Virus record (IMG/VR): IMGVR_UViG_3300020442_001798
Location: 1 to 58,084 of that record
DNA from: a virus
Taxonomy: Duplodnaviria > Caudoviricetes
Direction: 5' to 3' (one strand)
Length of the DNA: 58,084 nt
A model generated the notes under the pieces. That model saw nothing but the letters and a program-made list of their open reading frames with translations, did not search any database and was not told the DNA's origin. The number at the start of each line of letters is the position of its first letter. Position 1 is the first letter of the stretch. Below, in pieces: positions 8,069 to 18,779 of this stretch. The position numbers and the translations under genes are program-made.

Positions 8069-11000
8069 ATGGCTTCTAATGATATTGATATCAGGGTATT
8101 AGTAAGCGGCGAAGATCAGTTAAAAAACTTATCTGCATCGCTGCGAAATCTTACTGTATCACTTAACGATGGGGTTAAGTCTACAGCGAATTTTGATGCT
8201 AGACAGCGTGCCCTTAATCAAGCATTAGGCAATACTGGTCGTGGTTTAAATCAACATGCTAAGTCTGCAAAGCAGGCTATGTCGAACCAGCGTGTTCTGG
8301 GTGACGAATTAAGAAGAACTCAAAGAGATCTTAGGAGTTTACAAAATCTTGCTAATAAGGGCTTTAATATTAAAGGTCTTAATCAGACAATTGCTGGCCT
8401 CCAGCAAGTAAATAAACAAATGCGTGGCATTAAAGCTCGCACTTTTGTTAGCGACATGAGGGGCATTGGTCTTGAGATGCGTCGTGTTGGTAAAGACCTC
8501 CAGTTTGTTGGTCGAAGCCTGATTATTGGTCTGACTGCTCCGCTATTAATGTTTTCTAGAAGAGCTGTTGACGCTTTTAAGACTATTGAGAAAGAACAGA
8601 TTCGATTAGCTAAGATTACTGACTTGAATATTGATACGAATGAGCAACACGCTAACACGTTTGATCGTTTGACAAATTCTATAAAAGAAACCAGTCAGGA
8701 GTTAGGTATTCAACAAAGTTTGCTGACTGGTGTGACTGCCGATTTTGCTCAGCTTGGTATTGATGTTCAAAAAGCTGGTGAAGTTTTGACGGGTCTCACA
8801 GAGTTAAGTGGCCAGTTAACAATTCTTGGTGATATGGATGTTAGTGAAGCTAAAGAGCTTGTTCAGACTGTGTTCCTTGGTACACAGAGGGCACTTGAGA
8901 CTTCTGGCAGGCTTATTGGTCCGGGCGAAGAGTTTGCTAATGTAGCAGAAAGGCAAGTGTTTGCTCTGAAGAGTGTTCGTGGCCAAATGTTTCTTTTCAA
9001 CGCAATTGAAAATACAACCGCCCTTTCTTTGCGAGATCTGGCAACAGCAATGCCTGAGGCTGGTGCGGCTGCAAGATTTATGGGTCTCAACTTTACTGAG
9101 ACAGCAGCTTTGCTTGCTCCTATGAAGGCTGCTGGTTTTGATGTAAGCGAATCTGCTAATGGTTTAAAAATCTCTTTGCAGAGAATGGTTGCTCCTACTA
9201 TTAAAGCTGAAAAAGCAATGGCTGCTTTGAAACAAGAGTTTAATGATCCTGCTCTGTCTGAAGCTTTTGATGATATTGGTGGTACAGGTATTAAGTCGAT
9301 TCAGGGTCTTGTTGATGTTACTGCAAGGTTGAAAGAAGAAGGGGCTGAGGCTGTTAATACGTTCTACAAAGAATTATTCCAAGGCCGTCAGGGTCCGAGA
9401 ATGGCTACCGCCGCGATGGACATGGTTGCTTTCCAAGATGAGTTGCGTAGAACTGGTACTGCGGCTAATGATTTTAATAAAGCCATTCAGGATGCTATGG
9501 ATGGTGCCCAGATTCCTGATCTTCCTGCTATTGACACAATTGAAGGGATTTCTACTGTAGCTAGAATTGCCGCAAGTAAAGCTGGCGAAGAAATTGATTC
9601 TTTGGGTAGAGCTGTTACTCAAACAGATATTGATACAGCGAAGATGGTCAGAAGAGAAATTATTGACAAAATGGAAGAGGGACTTCTGGATGTAGAGGAA
9701 ATAGGTAGTGAGTCCGGTAAGGCATTGATGATTAACTTCCTTGGTGCAGCTAATGCTCAGGCTATTGCCACTAAAGAGCTTGATGTTGCTTTAGCTTCAA
9801 CTAGTGCATCTATTGATAGAATGAAGGTTGCTTTTACAAACTTTGCGGCTGCTGCTGTAGAGCAGTTTGCTCCTTTTATTGAAGATCTATCTGTTTTTGT
9901 TCAAGATCTTGTTCGTAAATTTGAAGCTCTTTCACCACAAACAAAGAAGATTATGGCGTTCGCAGCTGCATCGGCTGCGGCTCTTGGTCCTCTTGTTTTT
10001 GTTCTAGGCCAGATGAAACTTGCTGCTGGTGTTGCTGTTGAGTCTATTTTTAGGTTTGTTCCGGGCCTTAAAACTTTAAGCATAGAGTCTGTTGCTACAA
10101 ACACTGGTCTGCGTAGAATGAATACCGCTCTAACTATGCAGGGTAATACTATTGTTAACACAAACGGTAGATTTAAGACATTTATTGCAACTCTTGCTGG
10201 TGGATCTGGACCTATTGGAAAGATAGCCGACAAGTTCGGTGTAATGACTGGCATTCTGTCTAAGACTGAAACAATTGGTAGTGATGTCGCTACAGCTATG
10301 ACACAGATGTCAAGTAACGCAACAAAAGCTGCTGCTGGTCTAGGAGCTGTTAGCGATGAAATGATGGCAGATGCTGGTGTTGTAATGAGAGGCAATTCTT
10401 TTGCTGATGCCACGACAGGTAAGTTTATAAGTCACGATGAGGTTAGAAATCGTGGTATCCCATTAGCTAAAGATTTTGATCCCACGCCAGATCCTAAGCG
10501 TCGTATGGCTAAAGTTTTTGACCCTTTGAAGACAGGTGCTCAGAAGGCCGCTATTGCTGTTACGGCTCCGTTTAGGGCGATGCGTACCCAGTTTGCTTTG
10601 ACAAGGGCTGCTGGTGGTGGTTTCTTTAAGTCGATGTCTGCTGGTGCTTTTGGTTTTTCTAAGTCTTTGTTGCATGTCACCAAGGTGATGAAGCTTTTAA
10701 AGATTGCTTTAGTGAGCACTGGTATTGGTGCAATACTTATAGGTATTGGTGCTCTGATTGCTGTAGTTGTTAAGAACTTTGATAAAATTAAGGACGCTGC
10801 TGGCAATGCAATGGGTAAGCTTAGTTCTGCTTTTGAAGCTGTTAAGCGAGCAGTTATGGCAATTATTCGTCCATTTGTTGATCTTATTGCTTCTCTTGCT
10901 GGTGCGGGTGAGTCTGTCGGCGGTGTTGATGCATTGGGTAGTGCTTTTGAGTCAGTTGCTGGATTCATAGAGAAAGCGGCTCTTAAGGTTGAAGAGTTTG

Positions 11001-13462
11001 TGGTTAATTATGTTCAGCCACTTTTGTATCATGCTATGAGTATTATTGGTGGTGTTATTAAGGCTGTGGGTGGAGTTTTCAAAGCCGTAGTTCAGTTAAT
11101 TGATGTGTTTAGGGGTGGCGGTACAAGTATTGGTGATGTTCTCAATACTTTGTTGGGTGCGATTAAGGCTTTGGCTAAGGGTTTGCTTCGTCCGTTTGCT
11201 GGTCCACTGATTAGTCTTGTAAACATGTTTGGTGTGGTTGCTGAAAATATTATCAATGCCTTTATATACGCTTTTGAGGGTATAACTAGAGGTGTTCTTT
11301 TTGTTGCGAGATTGTTCCCGATGGCTATTGGTGCTGGTATTAGAATTGCTGGTGGCGTGGTCGCAGATTTTGTTTCTGCGTTTGCGGCAGGAATTGATTT
11401 AATTGGTAAAGGGCTAGGTTTCATATCTGGCGGTCTAATTGGTGGTGAGAGTGGTCTAAAGGGTGTCGCTGAAAGTATCAGGGGTGCTGCTAATAATTTG
11501 GGTAACAGTATTTCAAGTTCAATGGATGGCTTGGATGCTAGTGTTGCTGATTTCTTCTCTAATATGAGATCAGGTGTGAGTGATTTCACTAATGGTGCTG
11601 CTGATAGCTTTGCTGAGTTGATAAACAGTCTTGTTGATGATAACGACATCAAAGGTGCTGGCGATGATCTTATGGATGGTCTTGGTGAGTCTGTTGAAGA
11701 TAATGTCGATGAGGTTGTTGATCCTCTTGTTGATACTTTTGGTGATGGTGGCGGTGCTGCTGGGGATGCTTTTGCTAAGAAGTTTGCTGAAGCATTGAAG
11801 GGTATACAACAGAAATTTGTTGATCTTGTTGGTGATTTCTTCTCTGATGAGATTAGTAATGTTGTTGATGGTCTGACTGATGCTCTTGAGGATCAGCGTG
11901 ATGCTGCTCTGGCCGTGTTTGATGATCAAATTGATGTTATCGACAAACTGGAGAAAGCTGAAATCTCTCTTACTAAGCAGAGAGAATTTGAAGCGAACAA
12001 GCGCAAGTTGCTGGATGAGCGCGAGTTGAATCGTCAGAATTTTGTTCGTAATCGTGCGCTGGCTATTTATGAGGGTCGTGTTGATGATGCTCGTATGTTG
12101 GATCGTGAAGAGCAGAAGAGCAAGATGGATTCTGCTTCACAGATTTCTGATTTGGAGCAGAAGCGTAATGAGGATCTTCGTAAAGAGAATCTTGATTTCT
12201 TGAAGGATTCTATTAAGGATGCTAAGAAAGAGGCGGATAAGTTCTTTAAGGAGCAGATTGCTGCGTTTAAGGAGGCTTCGAAGGATATTACGAAGTTTGC
12301 TCCTCAGACGATTGAGGATTATGAACAGCAGTTGACTGATCTGACGGATCTTGCTACTCAGTTCAGCGACGATAATGCTGTTGAGTTTGCTAAGACGTTT
12401 GATGAGATGCGAACGAAGATTAATACAGATATGCCAAACAAGGTTGTTGGTGTATTTGGTACTAATCTTGATACTTTGATTACCACTGCTAAAGACAAGT
12501 ACGGTTTGGATACTGTTGATAAGGGTATTGTTGGTGCGACTGTGAGCCTTTTGACTCAGATGGGTGATGCGTTTAGTCCAACTGGTGAGTATGCTAGTTC
12601 AATTAATACTAATTGGAGCAGTATTGTTGATGCTATTGAGGCTGAGATAACTGATACTGGTGCTGATGGTATTGCTGCTGCTATTGAAGATAAAGGTCCA
12701 CAAGCTGTGCTTGAAGAGGCAATTAAGAATGCAGAAGAAACTATTCTTAATGAGTGGAGGGGTACTGTTGGTCATATTATTTCTGAGGTTGATGATCTTG
12801 CTGGTTTGATGGACCCGATGATTGAGAATGTTCTTGAGGCTCAGATGGCTTTTGAGGCTTTGGAGGAGGCGGCTAATGCTGCTGCTAATGCCACATCTGG
12901 TATCGGAGATGGTAACTTTAAAGTTCAGCCTTTAATTAATGATTACGCTGCTGCTGATATGAATATTGTTGTTAATGCTAGCCTTGCTGAAATTGTTTCT
13001 GACAAAGCAATGATTCCTAAGACGCTTCCTCCGGGTGCAATGTTTTATCGGAATGGCGGCATAGTTCCTTCGTTTGCTAATGGTGGCAGGGTGCCTTCGT
13101 TTGCTCCGGGTGGGTATATGACTCCGGGCTTTGCTTCAACGCCTATCCCCGCAGTGCTTCATGGTGGCGAATTTGTTCTTAACAGGCAGGCTGTGCAAAA
13201 CATTGGTATGACTGCCTCAATGCTTACTTCTTTGAATAAGGCAAGGTTTAGAAGTCCGGGTGGTATGGGTGCTGGCTATTCTTCAGGTGTAGTAAACAAC
13301 ACTACGAGTACGACAAATATTTATGTTGAGAACTTTATTGGTGAAGATGAGTGGTTTAATAGCATGGTGCAGCAGTATGATATGAAAGTTAGACCTATGA
13401 AAGACAAGCAGTACAATATGGAGAATAGGTTCTATACCACTTACAAGGGTGCTAGTTACTGA
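8069..13462 (+). CDS. Tape measure protein
   Basis: 1797 aa Ala/Gly-rich helical protein; TP901-like core (ESANGLKISLQRMVAPT); C-terminal ANGG...VLHGGEFVL motif. Confidence 0.93.
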   Translation: MASNDIDIRVLVSGEDQLKNLSASLRNLTVSLNDGVKSTANFDARQRALNQALGNTGRGLNQHAKSAKQAMSNQRVLGDELRRTQRDLRSLQNLANKGFNIKGLNQTIAGLQQVNKQMRGIKARTFVSDMRGIGLEMRRVGKDLQFVGRSLIIGLTAPLLMFSRRAVDAFKTIEKEQIRLAKITDLNIDTNEQHANTFDRLTNSIKETSQELGIQQSLLTGVTADFAQLGIDVQKAGEVLTGLTELSGQLTILGDMDVSEAKELVQTVFLGTQRALETSGRLIGPGEEFANVAERQVFALKSVRGQMFLFNAIENTTALSLRDLATAMPEAGAAARFMGLNFTETAALLAPMKAAGFDVSESANGLKISLQRMVAPTIKAEKAMAALKQEFNDPALSEAFDDIGGTGIKSIQGLVDVTARLKEEGAEAVNTFYKELFQGRQGPRMATAAMDMVAFQDELRRTGTAANDFNKAIQDAMDGAQIPDLPAIDTIEGISTVARIAASKAGEEIDSLGRAVTQTDIDTAKMVRREIIDKMEEGLLDVEEIGSESGKALMINFLGAANAQAIATKELDVALASTSASIDRMKVAFTNFAAAAVEQFAPFIEDLSVFVQDLVRKFEALSPQTKKIMAFAAASAAALGPLVFVLGQMKLAAGVAVESIFRFVPGLKTLSIESVATNTGLRRMNTALTMQGNTIVNTNGRFKTFIATLAGGSGPIGKIADKFGVMTGILSKTETIGSDVATAMTQMSSNATKAAAGLGAVSDEMMADAGVVMRGNSFADATTGKFISHDEVRNRGIPLAKDFDPTPDPKRRMAKVFDPLKTGAQKAAIAVTAPFRAMRTQFALTRAAGGGFFKSMSAGAFGFSKSLLHVTKVMKLLKIALVSTGIGAILIGIGALIAVVVKNFDKIKDAAGNAMGKLSSAFEAVKRAVMAIIRPFVDLIASLAGAGESVGGVDALGSAFESVAGFIEKAALKVEEFVVNYVQPLLYHAMSIIGGVIKAVGGVFKAVVQLIDVFRGGGTSIGDVLNTLLGAIKALAKGLLRPFAGPLISLVNMFGVVAENIINAFIYAFEGITRGVLFVARLFPMAIGAGIRIAGGVVADFVSAFAAGIDLIGKGLGFISGGLIGGESGLKGVAESIRGAANNLGNSISSSMDGLDASVADFFSNMRSGVSDFTNGAADSFAELINSLVDDNDIKGAGDDLMDGLGESVEDNVDEVVDPLVDTFGDGGGAAGDAFAKKFAEALKGIQQKFVDLVGDFFSDEISNVVDGLTDALEDQRDAALAVFDDQIDVIDKLEKAEISLTKQREFEANKRKLLDERELNRQNFVRNRALAIYEGRVDDARMLDREEQKSKMDSASQISDLEQKRNEDLRKENLDFLKDSIKDAKKEADKFFKEQIAAFKEASKDITKFAPQTIEDYEQQLTDLTDLATQFSDDNAVEFAKTFDEMRTKINTDMPNKVVGVFGTNLDTLITTAKDKYGLDTVDKGIVGATVSLLTQMGDAFSPTGEYASSINTNWSSIVDAIEAEITDTGADGIAAAIEDKGPQAVLEEAIKNAEETILNEWRGTVGHIISEVDDLAGLMDPMIENVLEAQMAFEALEEAANAAANATSGIGDGNFKVQPLINDYAAADMNIVVNASLAEIVSDKAMIPKTLPPGAMFYRNGGIVPSFANGGRVPSFAPGGYMTPGFASTPIPAVLHGGEFVLNRQAVQNIGMTASMLTSLNKARFRSPGGMGAGYSSGVVNNTTSTTNIYVENFIGEDEWFNSMVQQYDMKVRPMKDKQYNMENRFYTTYKGASY

Positions 13463-13464
13463 TT

Positions 13465-13884
13465 ATGGCGGTGATTAGTAATCAGCAGACTGATCTTGTT
13501 AAGTATTTGTCTTTAAATGGGAGCGAGCTGACAGTTGGGGCGGCTCAGCATTCTAGTTCAGAGCAGTTAAATATTTCTGATGTTGAAACGGCTGGCGGTA
13601 GAATTAAAAGGTATCACAAAAAGAATAAAAGATCTTTGAGTGTTTCTTATGATTATATCCCTTCAAATTCAGATAAGACTGTTGATGGTCGTAAAGGGCG
13701 GGATTTTATTTATAATCTTGCGACTACTGCTCCTCAGGTGACAATTGCTTACAAAGATGAACCAACGGGGGCATCTGTTTCATACACTGGTTTTATTGAT
13801 AGTTATTCAGAGAGTATAATTAGAAGAGATCCTGTAGGCCAGTGCGTCTATTATCAGGTTAATTTTGAACTTGTGGAGGCATAA
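13465..13884 (+). CDS. Distal tail (Dit-like) minor tail protein
   Basis: Immediately after TMP; 139 aa; paralogous to C-terminus of next ORF. Confidence 0.55.
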   Translation: MAVISNQQTDLVKYLSLNGSELTVGAAQHSSSEQLNISDVETAGGRIKRYHKKNKRSLSVSYDYIPSNSDKTVDGRKGRDFIYNLATTAPQVTIAYKDEPTGASVSYTGFIDSYSESIIRRDPVGQCVYYQVNFELVEA

Positions 13885-14885
13885 TGGCTAGTTGGAGTGG
13901 TTCAACATATTCTTTTACTCAGTCTCTTAGTGCGGTAGATTTTTATGGTACTGGGGAAGTCGAAGGGATTTCTGCTTCTCTTAGTGGTTCAGTCACACTT
14001 TCTGTCTCTGTTACAAAAACCACTTCTGGGTCTGCAAATTTAAGCGGGGATGTCCCAACCACTTCGGTTGCTACTAGGATTCAACCGGCTAGCGCATCTT
14101 TGGATGGCAGCGTTAGTCTTACTGCAATAGGTGGCAGATTAGCAACCATATCGGTGTCTTTTTCACCATCGGTTTCTTTAACTTCTTCTACGATTAAGGA
14201 AGCTTTTGCCGCTTCCGCTTTGTCTTCCGATGTAAATCTTACTGCTACATCTTTGAAAGAAACTTTTGCTGATTCTGCAACGTCAGGCAGTCTAAACCTT
14301 TCTGTGACTGCTTTAGAAATTCTATTTGCTACTGCTGATCTTACTGGCACATTGGTGAGTGTTGTCGTTGGTAGAGAAATTCTTTTCACAGGCTCTTCCA
14401 TAGAAATAACTTCTAATGTTATTCTTCCGGGCACTACAAAATTTGGTCCTAATGTTGTTGAAGATGTTGAAACAATTAGGACTTTGATAGCGATTGATGG
14501 CAAACCTTTGAGTGAGCACAATCGTAATTTTGATTCAAACATTATTCAGTCATTTGTTGAAAATAGAAACTGGGCATCTACTAGGAGTAGGTATTACAAA
14601 GCATCTAGTGGTCGAAAAACTTTTTCTATTAACTGGACTATGTTGCCTAGTTTGAGAGATCAGACTGTTGATAAGCGATTTGGTCGGGATAAAGTGCATG
14701 AGATTGCTACAGATCCTGAAGTGCACACTTTGAAACTTCTTGATTTCGATAGCGACGGAACTACTCCTTACACAGAAACAGAGTATAATGTATTGGTGAA
14801 ATCTTACAGCGAAAATTTGATTCGTAGAGATATCGGTAATGATATGTATTTGTGGGATTGTTCTATTGAATTGGAGGAAGTCTAA
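13884..14885 (+). CDS. Minor tail protein: 20-aa Ser/Thr/Ala repeats fused to a Dit-like domain
   Basis: About 7 repeats of 20 aa; C-terminal TVDKRFGRD...SYSENLIRRD...ELEEV matches the previous ORF. Confidence 0.6.
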   Translation: MASWSGSTYSFTQSLSAVDFYGTGEVEGISASLSGSVTLSVSVTKTTSGSANLSGDVPTTSVATRIQPASASLDGSVSLTAIGGRLATISVSFSPSVSLTSSTIKEAFAASALSSDVNLTATSLKETFADSATSGSLNLSVTALEILFATADLTGTLVSVVVGREILFTGSSIEITSNVILPGTTKFGPNVVEDVETIRTLIAIDGKPLSEHNRNFDSNIIQSFVENRNWASTRSRYYKASSGRKTFSINWTMLPSLRDQTVDKRFGRDKVHEIATDPEVHTLKLLDFDSDGTTPYTETEYNVLVKSYSENLIRRDIGNDMYLWDCSIELEEV

Positions 14886-17800
14886 ATGATTACCTCTGAC
14901 ATTTATGGTAATACTCTCACTAACACTTTTGATTCCAAGATCATTTCTGCTTCACAGAGACTTAAGCCCAAGGTTATCGCTGACTGGCTGACTAGCAAGA
15001 ACTGCACAACGCTGTCTATTTCAGTCGATGCTAATAATCAGCATAGTTCAAACTCTCAGGGTGATTTGGGGTATTTCTTTGCTCCTGAGCAGGCTATGAA
15101 TGGCTATGAGAGGCAGTCGTTTACTTGGGCTGTTGCAGACGCTAAAGATGTGGATGGAAACACGATTAAGGCTGATGGGACTTGGCACGCTATGCCCGCA
15201 GACCTTAGTGATGATTATGAGTTTGGTTGGTGGTCTGGTTCTGTTTCCACAAACACTGTTGAGTCAACTTATGGTGGCTACGAATTTACTAACAATCCAA
15301 CAGCAATCTTTACTTTTGATGATAGAAAGTGCAATATTGTCAGAGTAACGACTTCAGAATATTACGGTCAAGTTCACACTTATAGACTAACTGTTCGGAG
15401 TTCTGATTCAGGTGTTCCTAATCCTTTGCATACTGAGGTGATCACTATTCCTAGCGGTTCATATTATTTTGATCATTACCTGCCTTCTTCTTTGGGGCAT
15501 TCTACAATTGATACCGTTGAGGTGGAAATTATCTCCACTAGAAATCCATTGGATTATGGAAGAGTTCAGGAAGTTAATCCTATTTATCAGACAGATATTA
15601 GTGATGATGTAATTAGTTTGACTATGGATAATACTAGAGATTTGCACGTTACTGAGTTGCCGATTGCTGGTTCTGGTTCGGGATCTGTTGCTTTGAGTTT
15701 AGATAATACTGGCAAGGATTACAGCATCTTCAGCAGTTCTTCAGCTTATGGCCCCTACATGAAGAAAAATGTGAAGATTCAATCTTCTATTGGGTGGCAA
15801 ACTCAAAAGTATGACTCTCTTTTTGTAGAAAAAGAGTTGCGTGCGGGTATCAACGCTAGTGCAACAACTGTAACTCTTAATAACACGGACGATCTTCCAG
15901 ATGGGGGTTCCGGTGATGAATATGTGATGATTATTGATCCTGACAACTACACAAGAGAGTACGTGCTTGTTTCTGCAAAGACCGACACTTACACGCTTTC
16001 TATTTCTCAGCGAGGTTTTAATAATTCAATTGCACGTAGCCACGCTACTGGCACAAAGGTAGTTTTTGAAACCTATGAATATCCTGCCTACACGCCGACT
16101 TACATAAATGACTGGCAGGCTCAAAGTGATGCTATGACTTCTGGTGGTTCAAGTTCTGATTGGTCAAGATTTGCTTCCGAAAAGATTATTACTAATGGTT
16201 TCTTCTTAGAAAAAGCAACTGTTGCTGATGCTGTAAAGAATTTGCTTATGAGAGCTAACTATCCTCAGGCAGATTATTTGTCTTTGAATACTTTTGACAG
16301 ATCTGCTTTGGCTAAGGGTGCTATTTTGCACATGAATTTTTCTGAGCGTGCAATTGATAGGAGTGGTACAGAGATCCCTGTTTCAAATGGTTTGAGGGCA
16401 AGATTCTTCGCCATGCCTAACGGTCGCTTTAATAAAGTTAAAGATATTATTGCTGACGCTTTGGATAAGGAATTGTCTCAACTTGAAAAGGCTTTAGGTA
16501 GCAAAGCTTTTACTGTTGCGGACTTCACTGTAAATACGGTTGATATTAATGACAATAGTTCTTATGCATTAGATTTGATTGATTTCACATTTACCGATGC
16601 TGCCGGTGAAACAGTAGAGGATTATTACAATATGGTCTTTGATGGCTACTATATTGCACCAGACTCTGGTGATCAGGTTCTTGCTATTAACATTGCTCAT
16701 GGTGGTGTTCGTTTGTATTTAGAAGACACTTTGATCTTGGATAGTTATCGTGTCCATTCTGTCGGTCCGGGTGTTTATGAAGAGATTGAATCTGAAACTG
16801 TGAATTTGGTTGCGGGTAAGCCTTACAAAATTCGTATTGAGTCCTTCTATTCTGCTCCAACAAATGCATCTGATCAGTTTAGTATTTACTTACAGTATGC
16901 CGTAGGGAGCGATCCTCTTGCTATCGTACCTATTGAAAATGTTTACACTATGACTGCTATTGACCGTATTGGTTCTGTTGACGCTCCTTATACTGCTGGT
17001 TCGACTGATAGAAATAAAGTTAGAAATAATGGTGTGTATATTGGTGACATTTCTGTCGGTAAAGATGGCGGTCTTGTTTCTGACACTGAAAACTATTCTG
17101 TTCATTTTACTTCCACAGATTACATGCGTCTGCCTTATGATTTGTCTTGGGATTTAAATAACTCAAGTAGTGAAAATTATACTGGTGAGTGGTCAATCGA
17201 ATTGTACATCAAGCCGACGACAAGCGGGTTCGGGGGAGATTACGCTTACATTAGCAGTTTCGATGGCGCTTCTCCGACAGGTGGGTTTGAATTCTATGCG
17301 GACTCAAGTGAGCACGGATTTAAGATTGAAACATCATCAGGTATTGAATCAACTTCAGTCTCTGGCACGTTGAGCACTTCTGCTTGGTCACATATAATTG
17401 TCACTTATGACGGTACAGATATTAAGTACTATTTAAATGGTGATTTACAAGACACTTTGACTGTTGTCGGAACTATTTCGTCTTGGAACAATCTTGATAT
17501 TGGTTTCGGTGGTAGAAATGCTTACTATCTTATAGGCACAGGCGAAGTGGCACCCACAAGTCTTAAAGATTTTTACTTGGATCAATTCCTAATTTACAGC
17601 AAGGCTTTGTCTGCGGCACAGATTTCTGATCGGTACACAGAGGCGGTTATGCAACCTTTAACGGTTTACCCGTTCTTGTACGGCAATGAGGCTTCGGCTA
17701 AAGATATTATTGAAGAAATCACTTTAGCAGATTTAGGTCGTTTTTATATTGATGAGATCGGCAAAGCTCATTATGAACATTTTTATGCTTTCTTTGAGCC

Positions 17801-18779
17801 GAGCATTGATCGTCATGCTAACACTCAAGTAAGCATTAATGATGATACAAATATTATTTCTGCTGCTTACAATGTTCAGTTGCAAGCGAACAAGGTAGTT
17901 GTAAAGATCGCAGGCTTGTCATCTAATCTTGTAGGAGTTCAGCCTTTGTGGAGAGCAGATAACCCTACAACTTTAGCGGTTGTAAATTTAGAGTCTGCAA
18001 TTACAGATTCTGCTACATCTATGACTGTATCTAGCACAGAAGATCCACCTTTTGATAAGGTTGGTTATCTTGCTATTGATGACGAGATTATAAAGTATTC
18101 TTCAAAGTCTGAGAATGCGTTCAGCGGTCTAGAAAGGGGTGTCTTAGGAACAACGGCGGCTTCTCACACTCAAGACTCTGCGGTTAGAGAAGTGCGATAC
18201 TGGGATCTTAAGTATGACAAAGCTCCTGCTTACGATGTCAGAGATCCATTTATCACTGGTATTAGGTTTGAAGAACCTGATGAAATTGATGTTCTTGTTT
18301 GGAATGCAGAAAATTACGGTGCTGAACTAGCGATTTCTGCTAATGCAACTGTTGATAAGGGAACATTTGTTTTTGCTGAAGGAACCGATCCTCTGACAGA
18401 AAAAGTTGCGTTTACTGCTGTGTCTGGTACTCCTGTGTTGTTGACTGAGCAAAGTTCTCAGATTAAAGAACAGAGTGCGGACTTGAGTGAAAATATTCGT
18501 CTGTATGGAATTAAGGAGGTTGTGATTGAAAATACCTTTATTACTGACTTTGATCACGGACAAAAGATTGCTGATTTTATTATCTCTAAGATGAGTACGC
18601 CTGTTCCAATTATTAATGTGAATACTCTTTTAACACCAAAAGCAGTTGTCGGTGATCGTGTCAGGATTACAGAGCTTGATGCTTTTGATATAATTAATGG
18701 TGACTATTGGATTGTTTCTAAGAATGTTTCTTATGGCGATTCTCCTAGTCAAACATTGATGTTGAGGAAGGTAGTGTAA
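14886..18779 (+). CDS. Large tail tip/hub protein with PA14 and LamG (ConA-like) domains
   Basis: FDGYYIAPDSG...GGVRLYLEDTLILD...LVAGKPYKIRIE (PA14); WSHIIVTYDGTDIKYYLNG...LDQFLIYSKALS (LamG). Confidence 0.8.
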   Translation: MITSDIYGNTLTNTFDSKIISASQRLKPKVIADWLTSKNCTTLSISVDANNQHSSNSQGDLGYFFAPEQAMNGYERQSFTWAVADAKDVDGNTIKADGTWHAMPADLSDDYEFGWWSGSVSTNTVESTYGGYEFTNNPTAIFTFDDRKCNIVRVTTSEYYGQVHTYRLTVRSSDSGVPNPLHTEVITIPSGSYYFDHYLPSSLGHSTIDTVEVEIISTRNPLDYGRVQEVNPIYQTDISDDVISLTMDNTRDLHVTELPIAGSGSGSVALSLDNTGKDYSIFSSSSAYGPYMKKNVKIQSSIGWQTQKYDSLFVEKELRAGINASATTVTLNNTDDLPDGGSGDEYVMIIDPDNYTREYVLVSAKTDTYTLSISQRGFNNSIARSHATGTKVVFETYEYPAYTPTYINDWQAQSDAMTSGGSSSDWSRFASEKIITNGFFLEKATVADAVKNLLMRANYPQADYLSLNTFDRSALAKGAILHMNFSERAIDRSGTEIPVSNGLRARFFAMPNGRFNKVKDIIADALDKELSQLEKALGSKAFTVADFTVNTVDINDNSSYALDLIDFTFTDAAGETVEDYYNMVFDGYYIAPDSGDQVLAINIAHGGVRLYLEDTLILDSYRVHSVGPGVYEEIESETVNLVAGKPYKIRIESFYSAPTNASDQFSIYLQYAVGSDPLAIVPIENVYTMTAIDRIGSVDAPYTAGSTDRNKVRNNGVYIGDISVGKDGGLVSDTENYSVHFTSTDYMRLPYDLSWDLNNSSSENYTGEWSIELYIKPTTSGFGGDYAYISSFDGASPTGGFEFYADSSEHGFKIETSSGIESTSVSGTLSTSAWSHIIVTYDGTDIKYYLNGDLQDTLTVVGTISSWNNLDIGFGGRNAYYLIGTGEVAPTSLKDFYLDQFLIYSKALSAAQISDRYTEAVMQPLTVYPFLYGNEASAKDIIEEITLADLGRFYIDEIGKAHYEHFYAFFEPSIDRHANTQVSINDDTNIISAAYNVQLQANKVVVKIAGLSSNLVGVQPLWRADNPTTLAVVNLESAITDSATSMTVSSTEDPPFDKVGYLAIDDEIIKYSSKSENAFSGLERGVLGTTAASHTQDSAVREVRYWDLKYDKAPAYDVRDPFITGIRFEEPDEIDVLVWNAENYGAELAISANATVDKGTFVFAEGTDPLTEKVAFTAVSGTPVLLTEQSSQIKEQSADLSENIRLYGIKEVVIENTFITDFDHGQKIADFIISKMSTPVPIINVNTLLTPKAVVGDRVRITELDAFDIINGDYWIVSKNVSYGDSPSQTLMLRKVV

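Noticed and set aside
8383-11929. Several 70-186 aa minus-strand ORFs within the tape measure gene
   Set aside because: Antisense shadows produced by codon bias; no start signals or motifs.
13050-13115. Short direct repeat (ccttcgtttgct) at the TMP C-terminus
   Set aside because: It encodes the ordinary repeated PSFAxGG motif of tape-measure C-termini; not a regulatory or mobile repeat.
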